Positions 12,049-24,204 of a stretch of DNA of 64,000 bases are shown in pieces; position 1 is the stretch's first letter, and each line of letters opens with the position of its first letter. This DNA is from Chiloscyllium plagiosum (Eukaryota), in NCBI RefSeq assembly GCF_004010195.1, contig NC_057757.1:179242-243241 (forward strand). Reading direction: 5' to 3'. The notes beneath the pieces are model-generated. The model did no database searches. It was given only the letters and a program-made list of their open reading frames with translations, and was not told the DNA's origin. The position numbers and the translations under genes were made by a program.

Positions 12049-13214
12049 TTTAAGACAGTCAGTCCTTGATTAATAGGGATCAAGAGTTATGCGGAGAAGG
12101 CAGGAGAATGGGGTTGAGAAACCTATCAGCCACGATCGAATGGTGGAGTGGACTCAATGGGCTGATTGGCCTCATTTCTGCTCCTTTATCTCATGATCTA
12201 TTTATGGACGTACTTGTATATGGCACTGGAAGCAATCTAGAGGTTGCTACTTTAGGGTCCTGCTCACTAATTTTCTGCCTAGATCCCAAGCTTCTATTTG
12301 CAGGGTCACATGTCTCTTCAGCAATGTTGTGAGTCAAAGTAGTCCCTGACCTCTGGCTGTTAACCCTACCGCAGAAGATCGTCCTGCCATGAAGTCTCTG
12401 AACCTGGTACCAGGAAAGCTACAAACTATCCTGGAGTCACAGAAATAAAATAAGCAACTGCGGATGAAACAAAAGCAGAAATCGTTGGAGAAACTCAGCA
12501 GATCTGGCAGTATTTATCAGAAGAAAGAGTTAACATTTCAAGTCTGCCATTTCTTTGTCAGTGATTGCAGCTGCTGAGCAAGCTCAAGACACAAATCAGT
12601 TGATGAAACTTCCCACTTGTGGGCCTGTCTGGTCAACAAATCTCCTCAGGCCAACGTTTGACCCCCCTGCACACCCTTCCCTTCCATGAGAGACTTTCCA
12701 TGTACAGAGACCAAAACAGCAGACAAGAACACAGCTGGGGCATCAGAGGCACCAAGATAATGGTTAAGAGCCAATAGGAAGCTACACAATTGTAAGTCAT
12801 TCTCGCAGTTATGAACCGACCAGGTATGGATTGGATCAGCAAGAATCAAAACATTTGCAATTGTGACACACAGAGTACTGCACCAACTTCTCAGCCCTCA
12901 GCCTGGCCGACCATGGCAGAGTAATGTCATCACAGTAAGCAGGGTCTGGGAACATCAGAAACCATCAAGCTGGACCAAGCAAGACGAACAATACTCCAGG
13001 CTGCTTTCCTTTGATAGCCAATGAAATGTATCTCAAGGAAATGGTCAGCTAGAGGCCAGCACATTCTCCGCTCTGAATATTTGGGGATATTGACTCTTAT
13101 TGTAAAGTGACTCAGACTCAATAACTCAATCAAAACATTGGTATTATGTCCCATGAAAGCACACAGTAAATTAGCAGGATCGCTTTACAATCACTCCACC
13201 TCAGCAAACAAGGA

Positions 13215-13480
13215 CCTCAGATACAGAGTAAAGCTCTCGTTATACCCCCACATCAAACACTCCCAGGACAGGGACAGCACGGGGTTAGATACAGAGAAAA
13301 GCTCCCTCTACACTGTCCCCCATCAAACACTCCCAGACAGGTACTACATGAGGTTAGATACAGAGTAAAGCTCCCTCTACACTGGCCCCATCAAACACAC
13401 CCAGGGGAGGGACAGCACGGGGTTAGATATAGAATAAAGCTCCCTCCACACAGTCCCCCCATCAAACACTCCCAGGACAC
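13215..13480 (-). repeat. ~70 bp satellite, reverse orientation
   Basis: Reverse complement of the 10725 array. Confidence 0.9.
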
Positions 13481-13714
13481 ATCACCAGGTAGGTAAATTG
13501 CCTTTGTCCTTTTAAATCAAAAGTAAAGCTTCCAATATTCTGTTCCTAACAAAGTTCTTCAAATCCAACCAAGTAAGTACACTCTGATTGCTGGGTGTTC
13601 CCCAATCAAAATGTGGATATTCCTGATCTGAGATGAAGAAAGACCCTCAATCACCAGAAGGTTGGAATTCAACTTGATCAGAAAGTCTGACCTTACAAAT
13701 ATTCAACCAACAGA

Positions 13715-14978
13715 ACCTCAGCACTGTCGGAGCATCAGTGCTGAGGGAGTGCCGCACTGTCTGAGAGTCAGCACTGAGGGAGCACCGCATTGTCGGAGGG
13801 TCAGTGCTGAGGGATCACCGCATTGTCGGAGGGTCAGCGCTGAGGGAGCGTCGCATTGTCAGAATGTCAGCGTTGAGGAGACGCCGCACTGTCAGAGGGT
13901 CAGCACTGAGGGAGCACTGCATTGTCGGAAGGTCAGCGCTGAGGGAGCACCGCACTGTCGGAAGGTCAGCGCTGAGGGAGCACCGCACTGTCGGAAGGTC
14001 AGCGCTGAGGGAGCGTCGCATTGTCAGAATGTCAGCACTGAGGGAGCACCGCACTGTCGGAGGGTCAGTGCTAAGGGATCACCGCATTGTCAGAGGGTCA
14101 GTGCTGAGGGAGCATCACATTATTGAAGGGTCAGTGCTGAGGGAGTGCCACACTGTCAGATGGTCAGCGCTGAGAGAGTGGGCACAGTCGGAGGGTCAGT
14201 GCTGAGGGAGTGTTGGAGCGTCAATGTTGAGGGAGCGCCGCACTGTCGGAGGGTCAGTGCTGAGGGAGCGTCACACTGTGGGAGGGTCAGCGCTGCATTG
14301 TCGGAGGGTCAGTGCTGAGGGAGTGCCACACTATCAGAGGGTCAGCATTGAGGGAGTGCCGCATTATTGGAGGGTCAGTGCTGAGGGAGTGCCGCACTGT
14401 CGGAGGGTCGGTGCTGAGGGAGTGGGCAGTGTCAGAGGGTCAGTGCTGAGGGAGTGCCACACTGTCGGAGGGTCAGTGCCGAGAGAGCGCCGCACTGTTG
14501 GAGGGTCAGTGCTGAGGATGCACCGCACTATGGGAGGTACAGTGCTGAGGGAGTGGGCAGTGTCAGAGGGTCAGTGCTGAGGGAGTGCCACACTGTCGGA
14601 GGGTCAGTGCTGAGGGAGTGCCACACTGTGGGAGGATCAGTGCTGAGCGAGCGCCGCATTGTCGGAAGGTCAGCGCTGAGGGCATGCAGCACTGTCGGAG
14701 GGTCAGTGCTGAGGGAACGCCGCACCATCAGAGGGTCAGTGCTGAGGGAATGGATACTGTCGGAGGGTCAGTGCTGAGTGAGCGCCACACTGTTGGAGGG
14801 TCAGTGCTGAGGATGCACCGCACTATGGGAGGGACAGTGCTGAGGGAGTGGGCAGTGTCAGAGGGTCAGTGCTGAGGGAGTGCCACACTGTCGGAGGGTC
14901 AGTGCTGAGGGAGAGGGCACTGTCGGAGTGTCAGGGCTGAGGGAGTGGGCACTGTCGGAGGGTCAATGCTGAGGGAGC
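13715..14978. repeat. 33 bp minisatellite (purine-rich orientation)
   Basis: Tandem GGAGGGTCAGTGCTGAGGGAGTGCCGCACTGTC units, which produce the 11-aa periodic ORFs. Confidence 0.95.
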
Positions 14979-15067
14979 TCCTTCTCAATCGCTCCCTTCT
15001 CCTTAGGTGTGGTGACCCTCAAGTTAATCCACTGCCAGTCATTTCTCTCTTGATGAAGTCCTCTGGT

Positions 15068-15666
15068 CATAGAGTCAGAATTCTAGAGTGGTACAGCACG
15101 GAAACATACCCTTTGGTCCAACATGTCCATGCCGACCCAATATCGTAACCTAATCTAATCCCATTTGCCAGCACTTGGCCCATATCCCTCCAAACCCTTC
15201 CTATTCATATACCCATCCAGGTGTCTTTTATATGCTGTAATTGTACCAGCCTCTACCACTTCCCGTGGCAGCTCATTCCAAACACGCACCACCCTCTGTG
15301 TGAAAAAGTTGCCCCTTAGGTCTCTTTTAAATCTTTTGCCCTCTCACCCTAAACCTATGTCCTCTAGTTCTGGACTCCCTCAGCCCAGAGAAAGTACCTT
15401 GTCTATTTATCGTATCCATGTCCCTCATGATTTTATAAACCTCTATATTAATTGCCCCAGCCTATTCAGCCTCTCCCTTTAGCTCAAGCCCTCCAACCCT
15501 GCCAACATCCTTGTAAATCTTTTCTGAACACTTTCACATTTCACAACATCCTTCCGATAGCAGGGAGACCAGAATTGAACACAGTTTTCCAAAAGTGGCC
15601 TAACAAATGTCATGTACAGCTGCAACATGACCTCACAACTCCTGTACCCAATACTCTGACCAATAA
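15068..15666 (-). mobile_element. CR1 LINE 3' fragment
   Basis: Near-identical to the 3' part of 3241-4230. Confidence 0.9.
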
Positions 15667-15829
15667 TGGGTGGGGGAGTGTGTTACAACAGGTGACCACA
15701 CCAAACTATTCATAAGCATGCACACACACACACACAACACACTCTCCTCTCTCTCACACACACACACACTCTCTCACACACGGTCTCCTTTTCCCTCTCT
15801 CTCTCACTCACACACACTCTCCTTCCCTT

Positions 15830-15864
<35 letters not shown>

Positions 15865-16359
15865 AAACAACAGCTGCAGTGACAGTGTAGAGTAGCCCCT
15901 TGGTCCTCACATATCTGGAACACATTCTCTGTCACACTTGAGATGGATATGTTCCCCACCCCACTCTGAAGGCGCACTTTTCCCTGGAAGGTTAAGAGTC
16001 TCCAATTAGGAAGAACTTGCTGGAAGATTTTACCCACCCCCCGCCCAGCCCCAAACCTCGCTCTCTCCACCAGGTCCCTTCAGCAGTTCACACTTATACA
16101 GATCTTCAATCTGACCCTGATTAATAACATTACCACAGGGGCCTACGGAGGCTGAATGTGTAACATCACCAATGGAAAAGAAAGCAAGGCCAGGGGATTG
16201 TGGGGAAACTCGCTGCTGTCGAAGTGGTCAGGCAGTCACACGCAGGTCAGGATGAGGGCCACCTCTACATTGATAAATACCTCACGGATGCTCGGGCCAT
16301 GTCATGATTTGAACTGACAGAATGCATTTTGACCGATTCTGCCCAAATGAAACTGCTCA

Positions 16360-19300
16360 CACTGAAGATACAGACAAGCCCCTAGACTGGAGGTACAGTC
16401 ATTCCCCTAGACCAGAGGTACAGTCAATTCCCAAGACTGAAGATACAGACAATCCCAGAGACTGAAAATACAGACAAGCTCCTAGACTGAAGATATACAC
16501 CGTCCACTAGATGGAAGATACAGACAAGATACTACAGTGAAGATATAGATAACCCCCTAGACGGAAGTTACAGTCAAACCCCTACAATGAAGATACAAAC
16601 AATCACCAAGAGTGAAGCCAAAGTCAATCCCCTAGACTGAAGATACAGTCAATACCCTGAACTGAAGACACAGTGATCCCCTACACTGAAGATGCAGACA
16701 TTCTCCTAGACTGAAAACACAGAACAATTCCCTGGACTGAAAATACAGACAAGCCCCTAGACTGTAGATGCAGACCGGTCCCTAGACTGAGGACACAGAC
16801 AATCCCAGAGACTGAAGATGCACTCAATCCCCGAGACTGAAGACAGACAAGCTCCTAGACTGAAGATACAATCATCCAGACTGAAGATACAAACCCCTAG
16901 GCTGAAGATAGAGACAATCCCCGAGACTGGAGACAAAGAAGCCCCTGGAATGAAGACACAGACAATTCCAAAGACTGAAGGTAAAATAATCCCTAAACTG
17001 AAGCTACAGACAAACCCCTAGGCTGAAAATACAGATAAGCCCCTAGACTGAAGACACAATCAATCCCCGAGATTGAAGACCCAGACAAGCCCCTAGACCA
17101 AAGACATAGTAAATCTACTACACTGAAGACAGACAATCCCCTGCACTGAAGATACAAACAATCCCCTAGACTGAAGATACAAGCAATCCTCAAGACTGAA
17201 GGTACACACAAGCCCATAGACTGAAGATACAGACATTCCCCAAGATTGAAGATACAGTCAATTCCTGAGACTGAACATAAGATAACCCCTAGACTGAAGA
17301 TAAGGACAAACCCCTAGTCAGAAGATACAATCTATCCCCGGGACTGAAGATACAGACAAACCCGTAGACGGAAGACAAAGAGAAGCCATGAGAAGAAAGA
17401 TACAGACAATCCCCGAAAGTGAAGATACAGTCAACCCCTAGACTGAAGATATAGTCAATCCCCCAGGCTGAAGACACAGACAAGCCCCTAGACTGAAGAT
17501 ACAGTCAATTCCCGAGACTGAAGATAAGATAACCCCTAGACTGAAGACACAGACAATCCCCTAGGCTGAAGATATAGTTAATCCCCGAGACTGACGACAC
17601 AGACAATCCATGGAATGAAGACACAGAGAAGCCATGAGAAGGAATACACAGACAATTCCCAAGACTGAAGACACAGTCAATCCACTAGATTGAAGACACA
17701 ATCAATCCCCTGGACTGAAGATACAGACAATCCTGTGGACTGAAGACACTAGACTGAAGACACAGTCAATCCACGAGACTGAAGATACAGACTATCCCCA
17801 CAGATTGAAGATACAGACAATCCTCTTGACTGAAGATACAGACAAGCGGATAGACTGAAGATACAAACAATCCCCTGAAGATACAGTCAATCCCCCAGAC
17901 TAAAGACACAGTCAACCCCTAGACTGAAGATACAGACAATCCCTGAGACTGAAGATACAGTTAATCACCTTGACTGAAAATACAGACAAGACCCTAGACC
18001 GACGTAACAGAGATGCATCTAGACTGATGACACAGTCAATCCCCGAGACTGACGACGTAGACAATCCTCTAGACTGAAGATACAGAAAATCCCATAGACT
18101 GAAGACACAGCCAATCCCCTGGAGTGAAGATACAGACAAGCCCCGAGACTGAAGATACAGTCAATCCCCTGGAGTGAAGATACAGACAAGCCTCTAGACT
18201 GAAGACACAGTCAATCCCCAAGAGTGAAGACACAGCTGAGCCCCGAGACTGAAGATACAGACAATCCCCAAGACTGAAGATACAGTCAAGCCCCTAGACT
18301 ATGGATATAGACAAGCCCCTAGACTGAAGATTGAGACAATCTCCTGGATTGAAGATACAGTCATTCCCCTAGGCCGAAGATACAGAGAAACCACTAGAAG
18401 GAAGATACAGACAATTCCCGAGACTGAAGATACAGTCAATCCACGAGACCGAAGATACAGTCAATTCTGCAGACTGAAGACATAGTCAATCCCCTAGACT
18501 GAAGACACAGTCAATCCCCTAGACTGAAGACACAGTCAATCCCCTAGACTGAAGGTACAGACAATCTCTGAGACTGAAGATAAAGACAAGCCCCTAAACT
18601 GAAGATACAGTCAGTTCCCAAGACTGAAGATATGATAACTCCTAGACTGAAGATACAGACAATCCCTGAGACTGAGGACACAGTTAATCCCCGAGACTGA
18701 AGATACAGGCAAAAATACTAGACTGAAGATACAGTCTATCCCCGGGACTGAAGACATAGACAATCCCATGTACTCAAGACACAGAAAAGCCATGAGAAGG
18801 GATATACAGACAATTCCCTAGACAATCCCCTAGACTGAAGATACAGACAATCCCCTAGACTTGAAGACACAGACAAGCCCCGAGACTGAAGATACAGTCA
18901 ATCCCTTAGACTGAAGATACAGTCAGTTCCCAAGACTGAAGATATGATAACTCCTATACTGAAGATACAGACAATCTCTGAGACTGAGGACAAGTTAATC
19001 CCCGAGACTGAAGATACAGACACGCCTCTAGACTTGAATACACAGACAAGCCCTGAGACGGAAGATACAGTCAATCCCCTGGACTGAATATACAGTCAAT
19101 CCCTTAGACTGAAGATACAGTCAGTTCCCAAGACTGAAGATCTGATAACTCCTAGACTGAAGATACAGACAATCTCTGAGACTGAGGACACAGTTAATCC
19201 CCGAGACTGAAGATACAGACAATCCCCTAGACTTGAATACACAGACAAGCCCCGAGATGGAAGATACAGTCAATCCCCTAGACTGAAGATACAGTCAATC

Positions 19301-22300
19301 CCTTAGACTGAAGATACAGTCAATCGCCTGGACTTAAGATACAGCCAATCCACTAGACTGAAGATGTAGATAATCCCTGAGATTTAAGATACAGACCAGA
19401 TCCTAGGCTGAAGAAATGGTCAATCCCCAAGACTGAAGATACAGTCAATCCCCTGGACAGAAGACACAGAGAAGCCACTAGAAGGAAGATACAGACAATT
19501 CCTGAGACTAAAGATACAGTCAATCCAAGAGACTGAAGATACAGTCACAGACAAGCCCCGAGATGGAAGATACAGTCAATCCCCTAGACTGAAGATACAG
19601 TCAATCCCTTAGACTGAAGATACAGTCAGTTCCCAAGACTGAAGATATGATAACTCCTAGACTGAAGATACAGACAATCTCTGAGACTGAGGACACAGTT
19701 AATCCCCGAGACTGAAGATACAGACACGCCTCTAGACTTGAATACACAGACAAGCCCTGAGATGGAAGATACAGTCAATCCCCTGGACTGAATATACAGT
19801 CAATTCCTGAGGCTGAAGATAAGATAATCCCTAGACTGAAGATACAGACAATCCCCTAGACTTGAATACACAGACAAGCCCCGAGATGGAAGATACAGTC
19901 AATCCCCTAGACTGAAGATACAGCCAATCCACTAGACTGAAGATGTAGATAATCCCTGAGATTTAAGATACAGACCAGACCCTAGGCTGAAGAAATGGTC
20001 AATCCCCAAGACTGAAGATACAGTCAATCCCCTGGACAGAAGACACAGAGAAGCCACTAGAAGGAAGATACAGACAATTCCTGAGACTAAAGATACAGTC
20101 AATCCAAGAGACTGAAGATACAGTCAATCCCGCAGACTCAAGATACAAACAAGCACCAAGACTGAACGGAAAATGTGTTGCTGGAAAAGCGCAGCAGGTC
20201 AGGCAGCATCCAAGGAACAGGAGACTCAACGTTTCAGGAAGGGCTTATGCCCGAAACGTCGATTCTCCTGCTCCTTGGATGCTGCCTGACCTGCTGCGCT
20301 TTTCCAGCAACACATTTTCAGCTCTGATCTCCAGCATCTGCAGTCCTCACTTTCTCCACCAAGACTGAATGTACAGACAAGCATCTAGACTGAAGACACA
20401 TTCAATACCCAAGACTGAAGATACAGACAATCCCTGAGACTGAAGATACAGACAAGCCTTGAGACTAGAAATACAGTCAATGCCCTAGACTGAAAACACA
20501 GTCAATCGTCTAGACTGAAGATACAGTCGCTCCCCTAGGCTGAAGATAACGACAATCCCCGAGACTGAAGATAAAGACAAGCCCCTTGACTGAAGATACA
20601 GTCAATTCCTGAGACTGAAGATAAGATAACCTCGAGACTGAAGATACAGACAAGCCCCTAGACTGAAGATACAGACAAGCCTTGAGACTGAAGATACAGT
20701 CAATCCCCTAGATTGAAGACACAGTCACTTCCCTAGGCTGAAGATAACGACAATCCCCGAGACTGAAGATAAAGACAAGCCCCTAGACTGAAGAAACAGT
20801 CAATTCCTGACACTGAAGATAAGATAACCTCGAGACTGAAGACACAGACAAACCCCTAGACTGAACATACAGTCAGTTCCAAGACTGAAGATATGATAAC
20901 CCCTATACTGAAGATACAGACAATCTCTGAGACTGAGGGACACAGTTAATCTCCGAGACTGAAGATACAGGCAAAAACCCTGGACTGAAGATACAGTCTA
21001 TCCCCTGGACTGAAGACACAGACAATCCCGTGTACTGAAGACACAGAAAAGCCATGGGAAGGAATATACAGACAATTCCTGAGACAATCCCCTCGAATGA
21101 AGATACAGCCAATCCCCTAGACTGAAGACATAGACAAACTCCTGGACTGAAGATACAGGCAATCTTGTGGACTGAAGGTACAGACAAGCCCCTAGACTGA
21201 TGACGCAGTCAATCCCCAAGACTGAAGACACAGACAATCCCCTGGACAGAAGACACAGAGAAGCCACTAGAAGGAAGATACAGACAATTCCTGAGACTGA
21301 AGATAGAGTCAATCCCCCAGACTGAAGATACAAACAAGTACCGAGACTGAACGTACAGACAAGCATCGAGACTGAAGACACATTCAATCCTCAAGACTGA
21401 AGATACTGTCACTCCCCTAGGCTGAAGATACAGACAATCCCCGAGACTGAAGATAAAGACAAGCCCACAGACTAAAGACACAGTCAACCCCTAGACAGAA
21501 ACAACAGACAATCTTGTAAGCTGAAGAGACAATCAATCCCCGGATTGAAGATACAGTCAATCCCCGAGACTGAAGATACAGAGAAGCGCCTAAACTGATG
21601 ATGCAGACAATCCCCTGGACTAAAGATACAGACTATCCCCTAGGCGAAAGACACAGTCAATCCCCAAGACCGAAGACACAGGCAAGCCCCTAGACTGAAG
21701 ATACAGTCAAACCCCAAGACTGAAGAAACTGACAAATCCCTAGACCAAACAGACAGTCAATTCCCCTGGACTGAAGATACAGTCAATCCCCCAGACTGAA
21801 TATACAGATAGGCTGATAGACTGAAGGTACGAACAAAGCTCTAGACCAAAGATACAGACTAGCCACTTAGATTGAAGATACACACAATCCCCGTGATTGA
21901 AGACACAGTCAATTGTCGAGACTGAAGATAAAATTAATGCCTAAGAATGAAGACACAGACAAGCCCCTAAGCTGAAGGTACAGCAATTCCCTAGACTGAA
22001 GATAAAAACAGGCCCTGAAGACATAGTCAATCCCTGAGACTAAAGATACAGACAATCCCCGAGACTGAAGATACAGTCAGTCCCCAAGACTGGAGATACA
22101 GGCAAGCCCATAGACTGAAGATACAGACAATCCCCGAGACTGAAGATACAGACAAGCCCCTAGACTGAAGATACAAACAATCCCCTAGTCTGAAGATATA
22201 GACAACCCCCTTGACTGAAGATACAGTCAACCCCTTAGATTGAAGGTACAGACAATCCCCTAGACTGAAGACACACTCAATCTCCTCGACTGAAGATACA

Positions 22301-22340
22301 GACAACCCCTTGGATTGAAGATACAGACAAGCTCCTGGGG
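16360..22340. repeat. ~6 kb minisatellite, 24-25 bp unit (AGACTGAAGATACAGACAATCCCCT)
   Basis: Period of 25 (agact at 18496, 18521, 18546), with internal higher-order duplications. Confidence 0.97.
20169..20356. mobile_element. Short foldback Penelope-related element inserted in the minisatellite, with 15-bp TSD
   Basis: ~66 bp inverted arms (20170-20235 / 20253-20318) and GGGCTTATGCCC-GAAAC-GTC. TSD caccaagactgaa(c/t)g at 20154-20168 and 20357-20371. Confidence 0.9.
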
Positions 22341-23218
22341 GGGTGGCTCTGGAAATCCCCTTCTGTCTCAGAATACAGACTGAGATGAGGAGAAGTTTGT
22401 ACCCTCAGACGGGTTGAATGCCTCTAACTCTCCTCTTCAGAATATCCAAGACAGGAATGGACAGATTTCTCGGTGTTAAAGGAACCAAGGGATGGAAGGA
22501 GAAGAGTTGGGGATGCGATAGTCTCTGGGGAGGAGATTGACCACTATTGAGTCAGGCTCGCTGGGGGCTGAATGGTCTCTCTCTGTCCTGAGCAAAATTG
22601 CTTCTAAACAGAACAAGCTGGCAATGATGGTGCTTGGGCAGTGATGGAATGGGCTTGAAGTGGCGGAGATTCCAAGGGGTGAGGCTGAGGAGTGGGTGCC
22701 CGGGAAGTGTGGCCAGGGAAGGGGATGAGTCATTAGGCTGGTGACTGAGTGAGCAGGCAGGAGGGGGCTGGGACGCTGGGTATAATGAGGACCATCCGGG
22801 TCAGTGGCCACTGAGAAACGCCCCTTGCCAGTGGAAGCCCTATAGCCAATGTTAGGTGCCACCAATGGCCTGCAGTCAGGCTGCAGTCCCTTGCCATCTC
22901 AGTATGGACTAAAACACAAAGGCAATGAGGTGACCAGGCGTTGGCAACTGCCTTTTAAGGCCCCAGTTTTCTCCCGATGATGCTTTGAACACCCTTCCCT
23001 CCCCAACAGCAAGCAACTTAATCACAACCTCTGACAAATTTGATCAGCTGCAAGGCCAGATGAAATTACAAAGAGGGGTTTGAACTTTTTAATGTTTAAA
23101 TAACCATGGCCAGGGGTTTCAACACATGGAATGCAGGAATAAGCAAACAGAAATGAATTTAAAACAGAATGAAAGGATGGGGTTTTCCTTAAATTCTCAA
23201 TGAAAATGATTCACTAAC

Positions 23219-23335
23219 CTTGCATCCAAACATCAGGGACAAAGTCTTGTTGGTACATATTACCTTGCACTGACACAGCACGGGAGAGAAACAGGCCAGA
23301 TCTTTAATTGGTGGTGACATGATACGCAGACCCAT
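23219..23335 (-). CDS. Alternative first coding exon (alpha-type, Cys-rich N-terminus) of a DLG/PSD-95-family MAGUK; paralogue uncertain (DLG4 or DLG2)
   Basis: Manual translation gives MGLRIMSPPIKDLACFSPVLCQCKVICTNKTLSLMFGCK (39 codons), ending in phase 0 at donor AAG|gttagt. It closely resembles the recalled DLG2/PSD-93 alternative N-terminus MSPVVKDPDCFTPMICHCKVACTNNTLSLMFGCK, which splices to the KYRYQDED exon. It is not in the ORF track. Confidence 0.9.
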
Positions 23336-23760
23336 GAAAGAAAATTAAACAATATTCCGACAGCAGGGTCCGAGATGCTGATTATCCAGGCTCCTGTTGT
23401 ACAATCTCGGATGTGCCCTATTCCCAAATTCTGCGTAACTCTCAATTCATCATATCTTCCCGGTGAGGTGCATTCCCCCTCTCTGTCTCTCTCTCTCTCT
23501 CTCACACACAATCACACAGACTCCTTCTTTCCTGTTTCCTCGTTCTGCCCTTTTTCCCCGGCTCAGCATCACAGTGTGCTCTGCAAGCCCAGGGAATTCC
23601 CAGCCAATCACAGCACCGATCCTACAGCCTCAGTGTAAGAGGAGAATTCACCGAGCGGAGAAGGGTAAACTGTGCGGTGGAGAGCTGGGGGTGGGGAGGG
23701 GGAGAGAGACAGAGAGAGAGAGAGGGAGAGACAGACAGACAGAGAGAGGACAAGAGAAGG
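23336..23760 (-). promoter_or_regulatory. 5'UTR and putative promoter of the DLG alpha-type exon
   Basis: Unique sequence directly upstream of the ATG, with a CCAAT box (agccaatca, ~23602-23610) and GA/CT microsatellites (~23480-23510, ~23700-23750). Confidence 0.5.
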
Positions 23761-24204
23761 GACCAGGCTGGAGATGGATGGCACAGAGCAATGGTTGCTG
23801 ACAATCTGGAGAGAGAGCTCCTTCAATAATGTCACTGTCTCTCATAACGCGACTGCAAACAAAGAGAAGCAGGGCAGAACCACCCTGTCAGAGTACTGAA
23901 GTGCAATTTAACCCAGCTGCAGGCAGCGTCAGGCGAAGGCACTGAAACCTGAGAGGTCCATCAGGATGACACTCAGTAATTGCAATACGTACCATCCGCA
24001 GCAGTGACCAGCCCCCACCACAGCCTGCACCCCTGACTCATACTGAGCAACAACACAGAGGAAACCGTCTGCTTCCCTCACTTCCAATCAGCCTCCCTTT
24101 CCCTCGTCTGGATCCAAATCCTGGAATTCCCTCCTTAAGGGCACTGTGGGTCAACCCGGACATGGACTGCAGTGGTCCAAGGGGGCAGCTCACCACCACC
24201 TTCA

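Noticed and set aside
13662..14875. ORFs with HCRRVSAEG repeats resembling zinc-finger or keratin-associated repeats (also 24038-27492, 60320-61274)
   Set aside because: They arise from the 33-bp (11-codon) minisatellite.
15910..15985. Possible minus-strand exon (ttaaccttccag|GGAAAA...GATAT|gtgagg)
   Set aside because: The peptide does not resemble any DLG exon I know, and splice-like signals alone are insufficient.
16360..22340. CRISPR-like array, or tandem hammerheads (CTGAAGA in each unit)
   Set aside because: There are no unique spacers or cas genes and the context is eukaryotic. No GAAA half-core follows CTGAAGA.
23361..23382. REST/NRSE-like motif in the DLG 5'UTR
   Set aside because: It has about six mismatches to the consensus, including core positions.
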